Source of the DNA: an uncultured delta proteobacterium
GTDB taxonomy: Bacteria; Myxococcota_A; Polyangia; Polyangiales; Polyangiaceae
DNA: 64,000 bases
NCBI GenBank assembly: GCA_963850305.1
Contig: CAWKKR010000001.1
Span: 384,001-448,000, forward strand
Reading direction: 5' to 3'
Shown: one piece after another, positions 1 to 9,878 of the stretch
Layout: each line of letters starts with the position of its first letter
Position numbering within the stretch: position 1 is the stretch's first letter
Notes under the pieces: model-generated
Told to the model about the DNA's origin: nothing
What the model saw: the letters and a program-made list of their open reading frames with translations, nothing else
Databases searched by the model: none
Translations under genes and position numbers: made by a program

Positions 1-2126
1 GCGAGATCCGACGCGATCGACGCCGCCGCGGCCGCGATCGTGCTCCCACCGACCCCATCGTGCCACCCGGACGTGCTCGCGACGTTGCGAATCTCCGCCC
101 TGCCCCATCCGGATCTTTCGAACAAAGAAGCGAGCCAGTCCGGCTCGCGAGCTGTGACGATCAGGGCGCGCGCGAAGGATCGCGGCGGCTCGAATGCTGC
201 CTCGTTCACGCTTCCCGTCGGGATCTCGTATTTGCGCCGAACAGCCGCGAGCACACTTGCGCCGCGCTTTTCCGCCGCACTCCTCGACTCCACGATGACG
301 AACGAAGACCCCTCCGATCGCGGCCCCGTACCCGTCGATTCACAGATGGAGGACAGCACGCTGTCCACCAGTGAATCGTAACTCTCGGCCCCACCCGCGA
401 CTATTCCCCTGGCTTGACCGGTGGCGACCAGATCGCACGCGAGCGCGATGGCGGCCTCGGCACTGGCTCCGATGCTGCTCGTGGAGAGTATCGGCCCGGT
501 GAGCCCGAGGTAAATGGATGCATTCCCCGACGCCGCGGACGGGACGAGATGCGGGAACTCCGCAGGTGCGGCACGCCGCGGCCCCTTTTCTGCAACGGTC
601 CGGAGGAACGTCACGGTCCGCTCGACAGCACCGAAAGCCGACCCTGTGACCAGTCCAACTCCATCCGCCGAAAGCGCGGCGGTCGACAGTGCGGCCGAAG
701 CCCCGGCGACGACGAGCGCAGCATGCCGATCAAAGCGACGTGAGCGACGTGGGTCGAGGAGTTCGAGCGGAAGAAACGGGAGGCGCAGTGGCGGCGGTTC
801 GGATGCTGCCTCCAGCGCGAAAGCGCAGTTCTTGCCCAACACGACGCCAGACCGGCAGATGTTCGAGGCACCGGTAATAACGAGCTCGTGGAGTTCGTGT
901 CCTGCGGCGGTCCGCGGAGCCGCGTCGGCCTGCTCGAACACGAGCACGGCTCCTGAACCTCCGAAGCCGAAGACGTTCGATACTGCGACCCTGAGCCTGG
1001 CGGGGCGACCCTCACCGATCACGTGATGAAGTCGGCACGCCTCGTCCGCTTCGACGAGTCCACCCGTCGGCGGCGCGATCTGTCGGGCCAGCGCGAGCAC
1101 CGTGATCCCGGCCTCGATGGCGCCGGCGGCGCCCAGAGTGTGCCCAAGCTGTCCCTTCGACGACGATACGAGCACGCGCATCGCGTGCCCCCCGAAGGCG
1201 TGCTGAATCGCCCGTGCTTCGACCATGTCGTTCGAACGGGTCCCGGTTCCGTGGGCATTGATGTAGTCGACTTCGGTCGCGGGAGTGCACGCTCGCTCGA
1301 GCGCAGTGCCGAGCAAAGCCGCCGGGCCGCGCCCGGAAGGTTCGGGTTGCGTGATGTGATGCGCCTCAGCCCCCACGGCGCAGCCGGTGAGCCAGGCGAT
1401 CACGGTCGCTCCGCGGTTCATGACCGAGTGCTCCGTCTCGAGCAGCAGAAAGCCGGCCCCTTCGCCGAGAGTCAGCCCTGCTCGCGCACGATCGAACGGT
1501 CGACACGGCGTGAGATCGGTGGCACCCAGCGCGTTGAACCCTGTGAGGGTCAGACGACAGAGTGCATCCGTACCTCCTGCGAGTACGGCGTCGACGGCGC
1601 CAGCTCGGAGCCACGCGGCCCCCTCGATGATGGCGCACGCACCGCTCGAGCAGGCACTACAGATCGTGGCCGATCGTTCGACTGGCGCCAGCGCTTCGAC
1701 CAGACGCGCTACGGTGCTGCTGATCGGGTACGAGATCAGTTGCTTTACCGCCGTGGCCGCTGTCGGGTCCAAGTGGGATACCCCAAGCAACTCCTCTGCT
1801 TCGAACATGCCAGCAGTCGTGACGCCCACGGCGATACCGAGACGGATGGAAAGACCGGGCCGGCGAGCATTTCCCAATGCTTCTCGCGCAGCTGCGAGCG
1901 CCAGCGCGTCGGATCTGGACCACGAGGCGCCGCGAGGCGTCACGTCCTCAGCGCGAAAGCCGCGGACCTCGGCAGCGAACGACACCCGTTGCCCGAGCGT
2001 CTCGAACAAGGATATTTCCGAAAAGGCGCGCTCGCCGCGCACGAGGCCGTCGAAGGTGCTTTTCGCGTCCGAGCCAAGTCCGCTCACGAGGCCGACTCCC
2101 GTGACCGCGATGCGTCCGCCGTTCAT
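1..2126 (-). CDS. Beta-ketoacyl-ACP synthase (FabF-like KS) fused to a C-terminal KS-like/chain-length-factor domain; runs off the left edge
   Basis: Absent from the ORF track because it has no stop in the window. Hand translation from ATG 2126: MNGGRIAVTGVGLVSGLG...TICSACSSG (catalytic Cys)...CRPFD...GEGAG...YINAHGTGT...SSSKGQLGHTLGAAG...SNVFGFGG, then a second KS-like domain (LVITG...RRFDR...AEFPHLVPSAASGNASIYLGLTGP) with no Cys at the active-site position. Confidence 0.85.
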   Translation of the reverse strand, partial: MNGGRIAVTGVGLVSGLGSDAKSTFDGLVRGERAFSEISLFETLGQRVSFAAEVRGFRAEDVTPRGASWSRSDALALAAAREALGNARRPGLSIRLGIAVGVTTAGMFEAEELLGVSHLDPTAATAVKQLISYPISSTVARLVEALAPVERSATICSACSSGACAIIEGAAWLRAGAVDAVLAGGTDALCRLTLTGFNALGATDLTPCRPFDRARAGLTLGEGAGFLLLETEHSVMNRGATVIAWLTGCAVGAEAHHITQPEPSGRGPAALLGTALERACTPATEVDYINAHGTGTRSNDMVEARAIQHAFGGHAMRVLVSSSKGQLGHTLGAAGAIEAGITVLALARQIAPPTGGLVEADEACRLHHVIGEGRPARLRVAVSNVFGFGGSGAVLVFEQADAAPRTAAGHELHELVITGASNICRSGVVLGKNCAFALEAASEPPPLRLPFLPLELLDPRRSRRFDRHAALVVAGASAALSTAALSADGVGLVTGSAFGAVERTVTFLRTVAEKGPRRAAPAEFPHLVPSAASGNASIYLGLTGPILSTSSIGASAEAAIALACDLVATGQARGIVAGGAESYDSLVDSVLSSICESTGTGPRSEGSSFVIVESRSAAEKRGASVLAAVRRKYEIPTGSVNEAAFEPPRSFARALIVTAREPDWLASLFERSGWGRAEIRNVASTSGWHDGVGGSTIAAAAASIASDL

Positions 2127-2389
2127 CCAGATGACCGCGCGCGGAAAACATAGTCGGCGAGCGTTGACACCGACACGAAGATGGCCTTGGCACGCTCATC
2201 ATCGGGGATTGCAACGTCAAAGTGCTCTTCGACCGCGACGGCGAGTTGCAGGGCATCAAGAGAATCCAGGCCAAGACCGTCGCCAAAGAGCGGGGTCTCA
2301 TCGCCGATGGCCGCCGCCGAACGGTCCCGGAGATCCAGCTCGCCCACGATGAGCTGCTTCAATTCCAGCTTTAGGCCTTCCCGGTCCAT
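2123..2389 (-). CDS. Acyl carrier protein
   Basis: 88 aa, LFGDGLGLDSLDALQL phosphopantetheine-Ser motif; stop overlaps the KS start (ATGA). Confidence 0.92.
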   Translation of the reverse strand: MDREGLKLELKQLIVGELDLRDRSAAAIGDETPLFGDGLGLDSLDALQLAVAVEEHFDVAIPDDERAKAIFVSVSTLADYVFRARSSG

Positions 2390-2414
2390 GGAACGACGCG
2401 AGACCCCGCGGACC

Positions 2415-3431
2415 TCAAATACCGACTTTCCGCCGGATCGCATCGACGATGTCGAGGTCTCTCACGCCGTCGGCCTCCGCCCGATATCCGAGCACGAATC
2501 GATGTCGAAGCGCGGGCAGCATGATTGCCGCGACATCGTCCAGATCCGCGGCCGCCTCACCGCGGAGCGCCGCACGCGCCTTCGAGGACAGCACGAGTGC
2601 CTGGCTCCCGCGTGGACCGGCGCCGAATCGCACATAACGACGCACCTCCTCGGGCGCGTCCTCGGCGGTGGGACGAGAAACGCGTGCAATCCTGACAGCG
2701 AGTTCGACGGCCTGATCGGTGACGGGAATTCTGGGCACCAGATTCGCGAACGAATGAAGCTCTGCGGCAGTAACGACGGGCTCCAGTCTTTCCTCACGCC
2801 CCGACGTCGTTCGCCGCACTATCTCACGCTCCTCTGTTTCTGAGGGATAGTCCACGTGAATCTCGAGCAAGAATCTATCGAGCTGCGCCTCTGGTAGCGG
2901 ATACGTCCCTTCTTGCTCTATTGGATTTCGCGTGGCGAACACCTGGAACGGGTCTGGCAATCGATGCGTCGAGCCCCCTACGGTCACGCACCGCTCCTGC
3001 ATTGCCTGCAGGAGCGCTGCCTGGGTCTTCGGCGGCGTTCGGTTGATCTCGTCTGCGAGGATCAAGTTTTCGAAAATCGGGCCCGCCATGAAGCGAAGCT
3101 CCCGGCGAATTGTCGCGCCGCTTTCGACTTCGTTCAATACATCCGTCCCCGTGATGTCCGCCGGCAACAGATCCGGAGTGAATTGCACGCGCCCGAACGT
3201 GAGCCCCAGCGAATCGGCAACGGACGCCACGAGTAACGTCTTCGCCAGCCCGGGAACACCGACGAGCAGCGCGTGCCCGCGCGCCAAGAGCGTGATCAGC
3301 ATGGCGTCGACCACGTCTTCTTGCCCAACGACCACCTGTGCAACTCGCGCCTTCAACCGGTTGCACGCGGCCGCACATCGGTCGAGCAACTCGGCGGGTC
3401 GAAGCGAGGTTTCCAGAACGGGGGCGGTCAC
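2415..3431 (-). CDS. MoxR-family AAA+ ATPase
   Basis: GVPGLAKT Walker [47 protein letters not shown]; start placed at GTG 3431. Confidence 0.93.
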   Translation of the reverse strand: MTAPVLETSLRPAELLDRCAAACNRLKARVAQVVVGQEDVVDAMLITLLARGHALLVGVPGLAKTLLVASVADSLGLTFGRVQFTPDLLPADITGTDVLNEVESGATIRRELRFMAGPIFENLILADEINRTPPKTQAALLQAMQERCVTVGGSTHRLPDPFQVFATRNPIEQEGTYPLPEAQLDRFLLEIHVDYPSETEEREIVRRTTSGREERLEPVVTAAELHSFANLVPRIPVTDQAVELAVRIARVSRPTAEDAPEEVRRYVRFGAGPRGSQALVLSSKARAALRGEAAADLDDVAAIMLPALRHRFVLGYRAEADGVRDLDIVDAIRRKVGI

Positions 3432-3597
3432 GCGCGGGGGGAGCCGGGCGTTCGGCGCCCAAGGCGGCGGCAGCCTAGCACTAACGAGTGCGCTGCGCGT
3501 TCCAGGATGGAGGAGGCGACGCTTCGTTTGTCCCGACAAATATTTGTTTGAATCGAAACGCTTGGCGCTCGCGCGCCGAGCCGTGTAAGCGGACGCT

Positions 3598-3786
3598 GTG
3601 CACCCTGCCTCCACGACGCCGACCGCCACGAGCGCGGGGGTTACGGTTCTCGCTCGACCGCCACCTGGCCTGGCGCGAGGCAAGTACGCCGTTTCGGCCT
3701 GGGTGGTCACGCTACTCGGGGCGTCAATCGTCTCCATTGGCTCGCTTTTTGTCGTCAGACGGTTCTTCCGCCGACCCCAACAATGA
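3598..3786 (+). CDS. Small single-pass membrane protein (62 aa)
   Basis: Hydrophobic helix [19 protein letters not shown] followed by RRFFRR; ATGA overlap with the next gene. Confidence 0.5.
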   Translation: MHPASTTPTATSAGVTVLARPPPGLARGKYAVSAWVVTLLGASIVSIGSLFVVRRFFRRPQQ

Positions 3787-4772
3787 CCGGCCACCTTCGC
3801 AAGTTCGTCGCGGCGTTGCTCCTCGGCGTGATCCTCTACGGGGTCATGTTCGCCTACACGGGTTTTCGCGAGATCGGCGACAGCATCGGATCTTTTCACG
3901 CGATCGCCTTCGTCATTGCGGTCGCTCTTGCCAGCACAAACTACCTCCTTCGATTTCTGCGATGGCAATACTACCTGCGACTTCTCGACATCCGCTCGGT
4001 CGAACGCAGTGACAGTCTGCTCGTGTTCTTGTCAGGCTTCGTCCTGACGATGACGCCGGGGAAGGTGGGCGAAGTCTTCAAGAGCGCGGTCCTCAGGCAG
4101 ACTCACGACGTCCCCGTCGCACGCACGGCACCGATTGTCGTAGCTGAACGACTCTCGGATCTCATCGGGGTCGTGTTCCTCATCGCGTGCGGGAGCGCCG
4201 GGTTCCGTTCGGGGCTGCCCTGGGCCCTCGCGGGTTCCGCCGCCGTCCTCACGGGGCTGGTCTTGATTCTCTGGGAGAGCCCCTCGGACGCACTGCTCTC
4301 GTGGATGGACTCGCACGCGCGTCTCGGTCACTTCGCGCCGAAGATCCGGGAGGCCATAGGAAGCCTTCGCCTGCTGGCCAGCCCGTCCAGGCTCGTCATC
4401 CCGATGGCTCTCTCTATCTTCGCCTGGGCCTGCGAGGGGCTCGCACTCTGGGTGATTCTGCGCGGCTTCGATACGACGGCACCGATCCTCCTCTCCGTAT
4501 TCTTCTACGAGACCGCCTCGCTTGCAGGAGCGCTGATCCCGGTTCCTGGGGGTCTCGGCGTCGTGGAGGGCATGCTGCGCGAACAACTCGTGCGACTGGG
4601 TGGGGTGCTACCGGGTATCGCAACGTCTAGCATGTTCCTCGTGCGCCTAGCGACGCTCTGGTGGGCCGTCGCGGTCGGGTTTCTCGCGCTCGCGTTGCTG
4701 CGCCGCCGTTACCCGGTGCTCCTCCGGGGGATCGCTGACTCGTCGACTGTTGAACTTCCCCCCATCGGGTAG
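3783..4772 (+). CDS. Lysylphosphatidylglycerol synthase TM / flippase-like membrane protein (UPF0104)
   Basis: [26 protein letters not shown] motifs; many TM helices. Confidence 0.85.
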   Translation: MTGHLRKFVAALLLGVILYGVMFAYTGFREIGDSIGSFHAIAFVIAVALASTNYLLRFLRWQYYLRLLDIRSVERSDSLLVFLSGFVLTMTPGKVGEVFKSAVLRQTHDVPVARTAPIVVAERLSDLIGVVFLIACGSAGFRSGLPWALAGSAAVLTGLVLILWESPSDALLSWMDSHARLGHFAPKIREAIGSLRLLASPSRLVIPMALSIFAWACEGLALWVILRGFDTTAPILLSVFFYETASLAGALIPVPGGLGVVEGMLREQLVRLGGVLPGIATSSMFLVRLATLWWAVAVGFLALALLRRRYPVLLRGIADSSTVELPPIG

Positions 4773-4795
4773 GCCCGGCGGAGCATTGCGATCGG

Positions 4796-5737
4796 TCACT
4801 CGACACGCAGCCGAGCCAGAGCACGCGTGAAATCCTCGGGCAAGGGCGACTCGAACCGCAACCTCTCGCCGGTGATCGGGTGCACGAATCCGAGCACCGC
4901 CGCATGAAGGGCCTGGCGACCCATCCCGGTTGCGATGTCCGCGAGCACCGGATCCTTCGGGACTCGACCGTAGAGCCCATCCGCGAGAATCGGCGTCTGA
5001 CTCTGTTCCGCGAGGTGAACGCGAATCTGGTGCGTTCGCCCCGTCTCGAGCCGACAGATCACCAGTGCGCCACGCCTCTCGGCGAAGGCTTCTTCGACCG
5101 AGACGTAGGTGATGGCGCGCCGTCCTTCGGTGGTCCTACTCGTGAAGCGCAGTCGCGACGCGCGATCGCGGCCGTATAGCGTGTCGATTCGCCGCGGAAG
5201 GGGAACGCCGAGCGTGAGAGCGCGATAAACTCGCTCGACGGTATGCTCCGACAGCTGTGCCTTTAGCCCCTCGCGTGCGAGTTCGCTCTTGGCGACGACA
5301 AGGACACCACTGGTGTCTTTGTCGATCCGATGGACGATACCTGGCCGCTGGTGCCCGATGGGGTCGCGCGCGTCGGACGGGAGCCTCTCGAAGCCGGGGC
5401 GCGCCAGAAGACCCGCTACCAGCGTCTTCGTCCAGTGTCCCCGGCCGGGATGAACGACGACGCCTGCCGGCTTGTCCACAACGATCAGATCCGCATCCTC
5501 GTGGATGACGCCGAAGGGGACGGATTCGTCCGGCTCGACTTCGCTAGGGGGAGCTCCGCCGGGCTGGATGTCCACCACGCTACCGGGCCCAACCTCGTCG
5601 CGCGGACGACAGCAAGCGCCGTCGATCTGAACCCGTCCTTCGGTTATCCAGCGTTGCGCTACCGCGCGCGATACGCCCTCCATGAGACGTGGGACGACCT
5701 TGTCGATTCGATCGAAGTCCAGATCTGGCCCAATCAC
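4796..5737 (-). CDS. rluD: RluA-family pseudouridine synthase (RluD-like)
   Basis: N-terminal S4-like region, VVDKPAGVVVHP, HRIDKDTSG, LETGRTHQIRVH, RQALHA. Confidence 0.9.
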   Translation of the reverse strand: MIGPDLDFDRIDKVVPRLMEGVSRAVAQRWITEGRVQIDGACCRPRDEVGPGSVVDIQPGGAPPSEVEPDESVPFGVIHEDADLIVVDKPAGVVVHPGRGHWTKTLVAGLLARPGFERLPSDARDPIGHQRPGIVHRIDKDTSGVLVVAKSELAREGLKAQLSEHTVERVYRALTLGVPLPRRIDTLYGRDRASRLRFTSRTTEGRRAITYVSVEEAFAERRGALVICRLETGRTHQIRVHLAEQSQTPILADGLYGRVPKDPVLADIATGMGRQALHAAVLGFVHPITGERLRFESPLPEDFTRALARLRVE

Positions 5738-5787
5738 GAATCGAACAGCCCGGGCTGCCGCCCGCGCCGGGAACGTGTCTACAGGCT

Positions 5788-6051
5788 TTACCAGAGCTTG
5801 CTCTTGATATGAGCCTTCGATCTCACGAGGATGTCGACTAGCGCGCGATCGTAGAAGTTTCTCTGGTAGAGTTGCGGCGCGACTCTGCTCTTGTAGAGCG
5901 CACGTCCCTCTTCGATTTCTTCCGTAAGCTCGGTGAACAAGTTGTCTTGCTCGATTCCTCGCACGATCTTTTCTTCGTTGTAGAGCGAGAGGTCGCTGGC
6001 GATGGCCCTCGCCAAACGGCGGGCAGCCTCTTCGGTCTCAATGAGGGGCAT
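5788..6051 (-). CDS. Small hypothetical protein of a type seen in Deltaproteobacteria/Myxococcota
   Basis: Typical protein composition (ARRLARAIASDLSLYN...IEEGRALY), co-oriented with its neighbours. Confidence 0.75.
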   Translation of the reverse strand: MPLIETEEAARRLARAIASDLSLYNEEKIVRGIEQDNLFTELTEEIEEGRALYKSRVAPQLYQRNFYDRALVDILVRSKAHIKSKLW

Positions 6052-7471
6052 CAAGTACTCCTTGGAGGGACGCAGTATCTCCCGCAGGGTCAGGTCGTGT
6101 CAAAACCGTGCCGGCCAGAGCAGCCAGGGCGGGAAAACACACGAGAGAATACCGTCCTGCACCAAAAAAGACCGCGTGCGTCGCCACCGTTGCGAGCACC
6201 GTGCCCGCCGCCAGCCCTATGGACGGACGCTCCACGAGCCGACGGCCGAGGAGCGCAGCGCCGATGATCAGCCCGACGTAGCCGACCCACGCGAACCTGA
6301 CGAATAGAGTCATCGCGGAAAGCGCAGACGTTGCACGACGGACGCGCAGAAATGGACCCGACGCGCCCCAGATGGCTCCAAGGGCCGCAATAACAATGAG
6401 GCGCTGCCAAACCGTTTCGACCACGCCGAGAACTGTCTTGTCACGGTCGTCGAAAGCGCGCGGGTTCGACGAATGCAGGTACCAGCCCGCTGCGCCCGCG
6501 TAGTCGAACGTTGCCGCAAGTTTCCTCGGAACGAGCGTCAGGAACCGGGCAGGATCGTGCCGAATAGCCCGGATGCCCGCACGCTCGAAGCAGGCGTCCT
6601 TCTCTGCTTCTCCCCAGACCTTCGCACATTCACGAGGCACACCGAGCGCATCGAGTGCAACCCAGCCCCCGGTAGCTCCGGGGGCCGCCCCGATTAACAG
6701 GTTCCACCCCGCGTTCGCACTGAGTACGCACGACTTCATTCGTTCGCAATTCCGGAGTGTCCAGGGAAGGCATACGGCGACCGAGACCGCGAGTGCGACG
6801 CCAGCGAAAGTTACGCGGGCGCGCGTTCCTCGTCGAACACCGAACGCTCCGTAGATCGGCGCAAGAATCAGGGACTGCGGGCGTATCAGCGTCGCGGTGC
6901 CGATGACGAAACCGAGAGCCGCAGCGGCGCCCAAGAAGGGCCGCTGGGCGGAGTTTGCACGAACGGCCATCAGCGCAGCTACTGCTAGCAGGGCGGCGGT
7001 AACTCCTTCCGTCATGATGGCAGGCGTGTAAAAGACGAGCCCGGGATGGAGCGCGATCGCCAGCGCGGCGACAATGGCACCCACACGGCTTGCTTCCGTT
7101 GCGGCTACCTGATGAACAGCATACGCTGCTGCCGCGCCGAACACGGCCTGCAGCGCCATGATCGCACCTGGATGCACGCCGACGATCCGATAAACTGCAC
7201 TCATCAGCGCCGGGTATCCGATCGGATAGTGAGCTGCATAAGTGACCACCCCGTCGGGCCATGCCCAAGTGTATCCGGCGCCCGCCGCGATTCGCGTGGC
7301 GAGGACCTGGAAGTAGTGTCCGTCATTCGCCGGCGGGAAACGAGACGCCGCCCAGATCGCCACCAAACTGCGAACCGCGAGCGCAAGCGCGGCAACGACC
7401 GCGCCATCCGCGCGGCGAGGGCCCGATACTGGAGCGGGAACCTCATCAATTGTGGCGACGACGCCCGTCAC
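6038..7471 (-). CDS. GT-C fold glycosyltransferase (PMT/ArnT-like, family 39/83-like)
   Basis: N-terminal TM then acidic motif (ANDGHYF), YPIGYP, IMTE, LIRPQ, PWTLRN; multiple TM helices; start approximate. Confidence 0.72.
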   Translation of the reverse strand: MTGVVATIDEVPAPVSGPRRADGAVVAALALAVRSLVAIWAASRFPPANDGHYFQVLATRIAAGAGYTWAWPDGVVTYAAHYPIGYPALMSAVYRIVGVHPGAIMALQAVFGAAAAYAVHQVAATEASRVGAIVAALAIALHPGLVFYTPAIMTEGVTAALLAVAALMAVRANSAQRPFLGAAAALGFVIGTATLIRPQSLILAPIYGAFGVRRGTRARVTFAGVALAVSVAVCLPWTLRNCERMKSCVLSANAGWNLLIGAAPGATGGWVALDALGVPRECAKVWGEAEKDACFERAGIRAIRHDPARFLTLVPRKLAATFDYAGAAGWYLHSSNPRAFDDRDKTVLGVVETVWQRLIVIAALGAIWGASGPFLRVRRATSALSAMTLFVRFAWVGYVGLIIGAALLGRRLVERPSIGLAAGTVLATVATHAVFFGAGRYSLVCFPALAALAGTVLTRPDPAGDTASLQGVLDAPH

Positions 7472-7484
7472 GATTTCCTGCCCC

Positions 7485-8123
7485 TCAAGAACTGTGGGAA
7501 GTCGGCGCGTCCATGGGAAATCGATCGATGAGCCCGACACCGATGAGATCCCGTACGACCTCGCACGCGGGTAGGCCCACCACGTTCGAGAATGAGCCCT
7601 CGATTCTCTCGATGAGAAACGCGCCGAGCCCTTGCGCCGCGTACGCGCCTGCCTTGTCGAGTCCCTCACCGGTGGCCGCGTAGCGCGCCAGCGCCTCAGA
7701 TCCGGCACCGCGCATGGTGACTCGAGTCTCGACTGTTCGTTCCAGTTTGGGCGTCCACGGATCCGTACCGAGCGAGATGGCGTAGCGAGTTCGAACGATG
7801 TGTGTGCGTCCAGCGAGACGGCCGAGCAAGCGACGGGCGTCCGCGACGTCGCGCGGCTTCCCGAGCACATGGTCATCCACGACCACGATCGTGTCCGCCA
7901 CGAGAATTCCCGGCGCGCTGCCGCCCACCAGTCGCTCCGCAACCGCGGCAAGTTTCTCGTGAACAACGCGTTCCAGATATCGCTCGTGACCCTCGTCCGT
8001 CCCCTTCGACTCGTCCACGTCCCCGGCCACTACTCGGATGGGCACACCCAGGGACGTGAGGATCTCTCGTCGACGAGGTGATGCCGAGCCGAGAACCAGC
8101 GGGTTCGATTCGGATGCTGTCAT
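7485..8123 (-). CDS. maf: Maf-family nucleoside triphosphate pyrophosphatase
   Basis: LVLGSASPRR, ADTIV, GKP, DKAGAY, NVVGLP. Confidence 0.93.
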   Translation of the reverse strand: MTASESNPLVLGSASPRRREILTSLGVPIRVVAGDVDESKGTDEGHERYLERVVHEKLAAVAERLVGGSAPGILVADTIVVVDDHVLGKPRDVADARRLLGRLAGRTHIVRTRYAISLGTDPWTPKLERTVETRVTMRGAGSEALARYAATGEGLDKAGAYAAQGLGAFLIERIEGSFSNVVGLPACEVVRDLIGVGLIDRFPMDAPTSHSS

Positions 8124-8198
8124 GACAAATGTCGGTCACCCGCGACAATGGGACCGAACCGAACGGGTTGGCAAGTGATAGACTCACCGTCCTCGCGG

Positions 8199-9239
8199 AT
8201 GTGGCCCAGGAGCCGTGCTCTCTTTCTCTCGGGCCTGATCGGGCTAGCGCTCTACGCGCCCGTCGCATACGGCGCAAATTGCACACCGCCAACGCGAGAG
8301 TCGACGTGCTTCGAGGCCGATCCTCTCTGGATGACGGCATCCCCAGGGCCGTTCGTCGGGGTCACGGCGGCGCGAACGAGGGCGGCTGGGGCCTGGGCCG
8401 TCGAAATCGGCTCGAGCTATCTCACGCGACCCGTCGTCCTCATGACGGATTCGTCCGACCCCGACGGTCGAGAGGTGCGTGTCGTTGACTCCATTTGGGA
8501 CGCGACCCTGTCCGCCTCGTATTCGCCCGTCGAGCGATTGGAACTCTCGGGGAGCATCCCTTTCGCCGTCATTCGCACGGGCACGGGGCTGACCGGCGTG
8601 ACGTCCTCCAGCGGGCCGCCGCCACCCAGCACCGCGTTGGGCGACGTGCGGCTCGGCGCTGCCTATGAACTCCTCGCTCGGCGTTCGACGAGTGGGACGA
8701 CGGTCGGCGTCGTCTCCCGCCTAGATGCCGCGCTACCCACGGGTGCTTCGTCATCGTTCGACGGTCAGCGTGGACCCGTCCTCGCCCCGGGTTTCGGAAT
8801 GGACCTGACTCTGGGTCGATTCTACGCGGCGGCGAACGAAAGCCTTCGCCTTCGCGAGCCCGTCGAGATCGCGGGTTCGTCCCTCGGAACCCAGTTCGTG
8901 TCGGCACTTGGCTTCGACGTAGAGGTTCTGCAGCATCGATTGCTCGGAATCGCGCTCGAGGCGTGGCTTATGCCATCCCTCGTTCCACAGTCGTCCGTGT
9001 TGGCGGACGGTGCTCGCATCACCTCCGGCTCGCTCGTACCCGCCGAGTGGATGGCCTCGGTCCACACAGGGCTCGGACCCCTCACCTTGGTGCTCGGAGG
9101 CGGCGGTGGCGTTCCATTGTCGGACCAAACGGCGGAAAAATCCGACGGAACGAGATCGACGGACCACTTTGCGGCAGTGACGAGTCCGGCGTTCCGCTTC
9201 ACTCTGGCCGTCCGCTACGACGCCCCCCTCGCGCGCTGA
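8199..9239 (+). CDS. Exported hypothetical protein, probable outer-membrane beta-barrel
   Basis: Signal peptide, alternating amphipathic strands, LGDVRLG motif, C-terminal FRFTLAVRY; start may be 8148. Confidence 0.6.
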   Translation: MWPRSRALFLSGLIGLALYAPVAYGANCTPPTRESTCFEADPLWMTASPGPFVGVTAARTRAAGAWAVEIGSSYLTRPVVLMTDSSDPDGREVRVVDSIWDATLSASYSPVERLELSGSIPFAVIRTGTGLTGVTSSSGPPPPSTALGDVRLGAAYELLARRSTSGTTVGVVSRLDAALPTGASSSFDGQRGPVLAPGFGMDLTLGRFYAAANESLRLREPVEIAGSSLGTQFVSALGFDVEVLQHRLLGIALEAWLMPSLVPQSSVLADGARITSGSLVPAEWMASVHTGLGPLTLVLGGGGGVPLSDQTAEKSDGTRSTDHFAAVTSPAFRFTLAVRYDAPLAR

Positions 9240-9276
9240 TCGCGCGGGTAATCCTGACGCCGTCAGGGAATGCCGA

Positions 9277-9873
9277 TCAGAAGACGCGCTCGTGCACGTA
9301 AATCTGGTCGCCGGCCTGGAGCGGAATGTCGGGAGAACGGCCGTCGATGATCGCGTCCACGCTCAGCATCACCGTCTCCGCTCCGTTCTTCGTCTTCCGG
9401 GTGAGGTTCACGTGATCACTCTTGGCGATCGCGTTGAAACCGCCGACCATCGAGATCGCCTGAATCAGCGATAGCCCTTGCACGAAAGGGAGATTTCCCG
9501 GCTTCTGAACCTGTCCGAGAATACTCACGTGCTTGCTGTTGTACTCGCGGACCTGCAAAACGATGCTTGGATCCGTCAGAATTTTCTCTTTGATCAGACG
9601 CCGCCGCACGACGGCAACGATCTCCTGCGGCTCCAACCCCTCGACGTGGACTCGGTGCACGTACGGAAGATCCACCGTGCCGTCGGACGCGACTTGAAAG
9701 TCGGTCGGGAGATCTTTCTCTCCCACGATTTGCATCGTGAATACGTCCCCGGCGCCAACCGTAGTGTTCTCCACGGGTGGACTGAGACGAATCCGCGAGT
9801 TGTCCGTCTTGGGCCCGCAGCTCGCTACGGAGACAACCAGAAGCAGCGGAACTGCCCGGAAACGACCACGCAT
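9277..9873 (-). CDS. Short OPX (Wza-like) polysaccharide export lipoprotein, Poly_export + SLBB
   Basis: Lipobox VASC, GAGDV, DGTVDLPYV, ILGQVQKPG, GGF, LQAGDQIYV; 198 aa with no C-terminal OM-spanning helix. Confidence 0.9.
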   Translation of the reverse strand: MRGRFRAVPLLLVVSVASCGPKTDNSRIRLSPPVENTTVGAGDVFTMQIVGEKDLPTDFQVASDGTVDLPYVHRVHVEGLEPQEIVAVVRRRLIKEKILTDPSIVLQVREYNSKHVSILGQVQKPGNLPFVQGLSLIQAISMVGGFNAIAKSDHVNLTRKTKNGAETVMLSVDAIIDGRSPDIPLQAGDQIYVHERVF

Positions 9874-9878
9874 CTCGA

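Noticed and set aside
40..2352. Long plus-strand ORFs (514-1026, 1023-2153, 1387-2352)
   Set aside because: Antisense shadows of the minus-strand KS-CLF gene, typical of high-GC DNA
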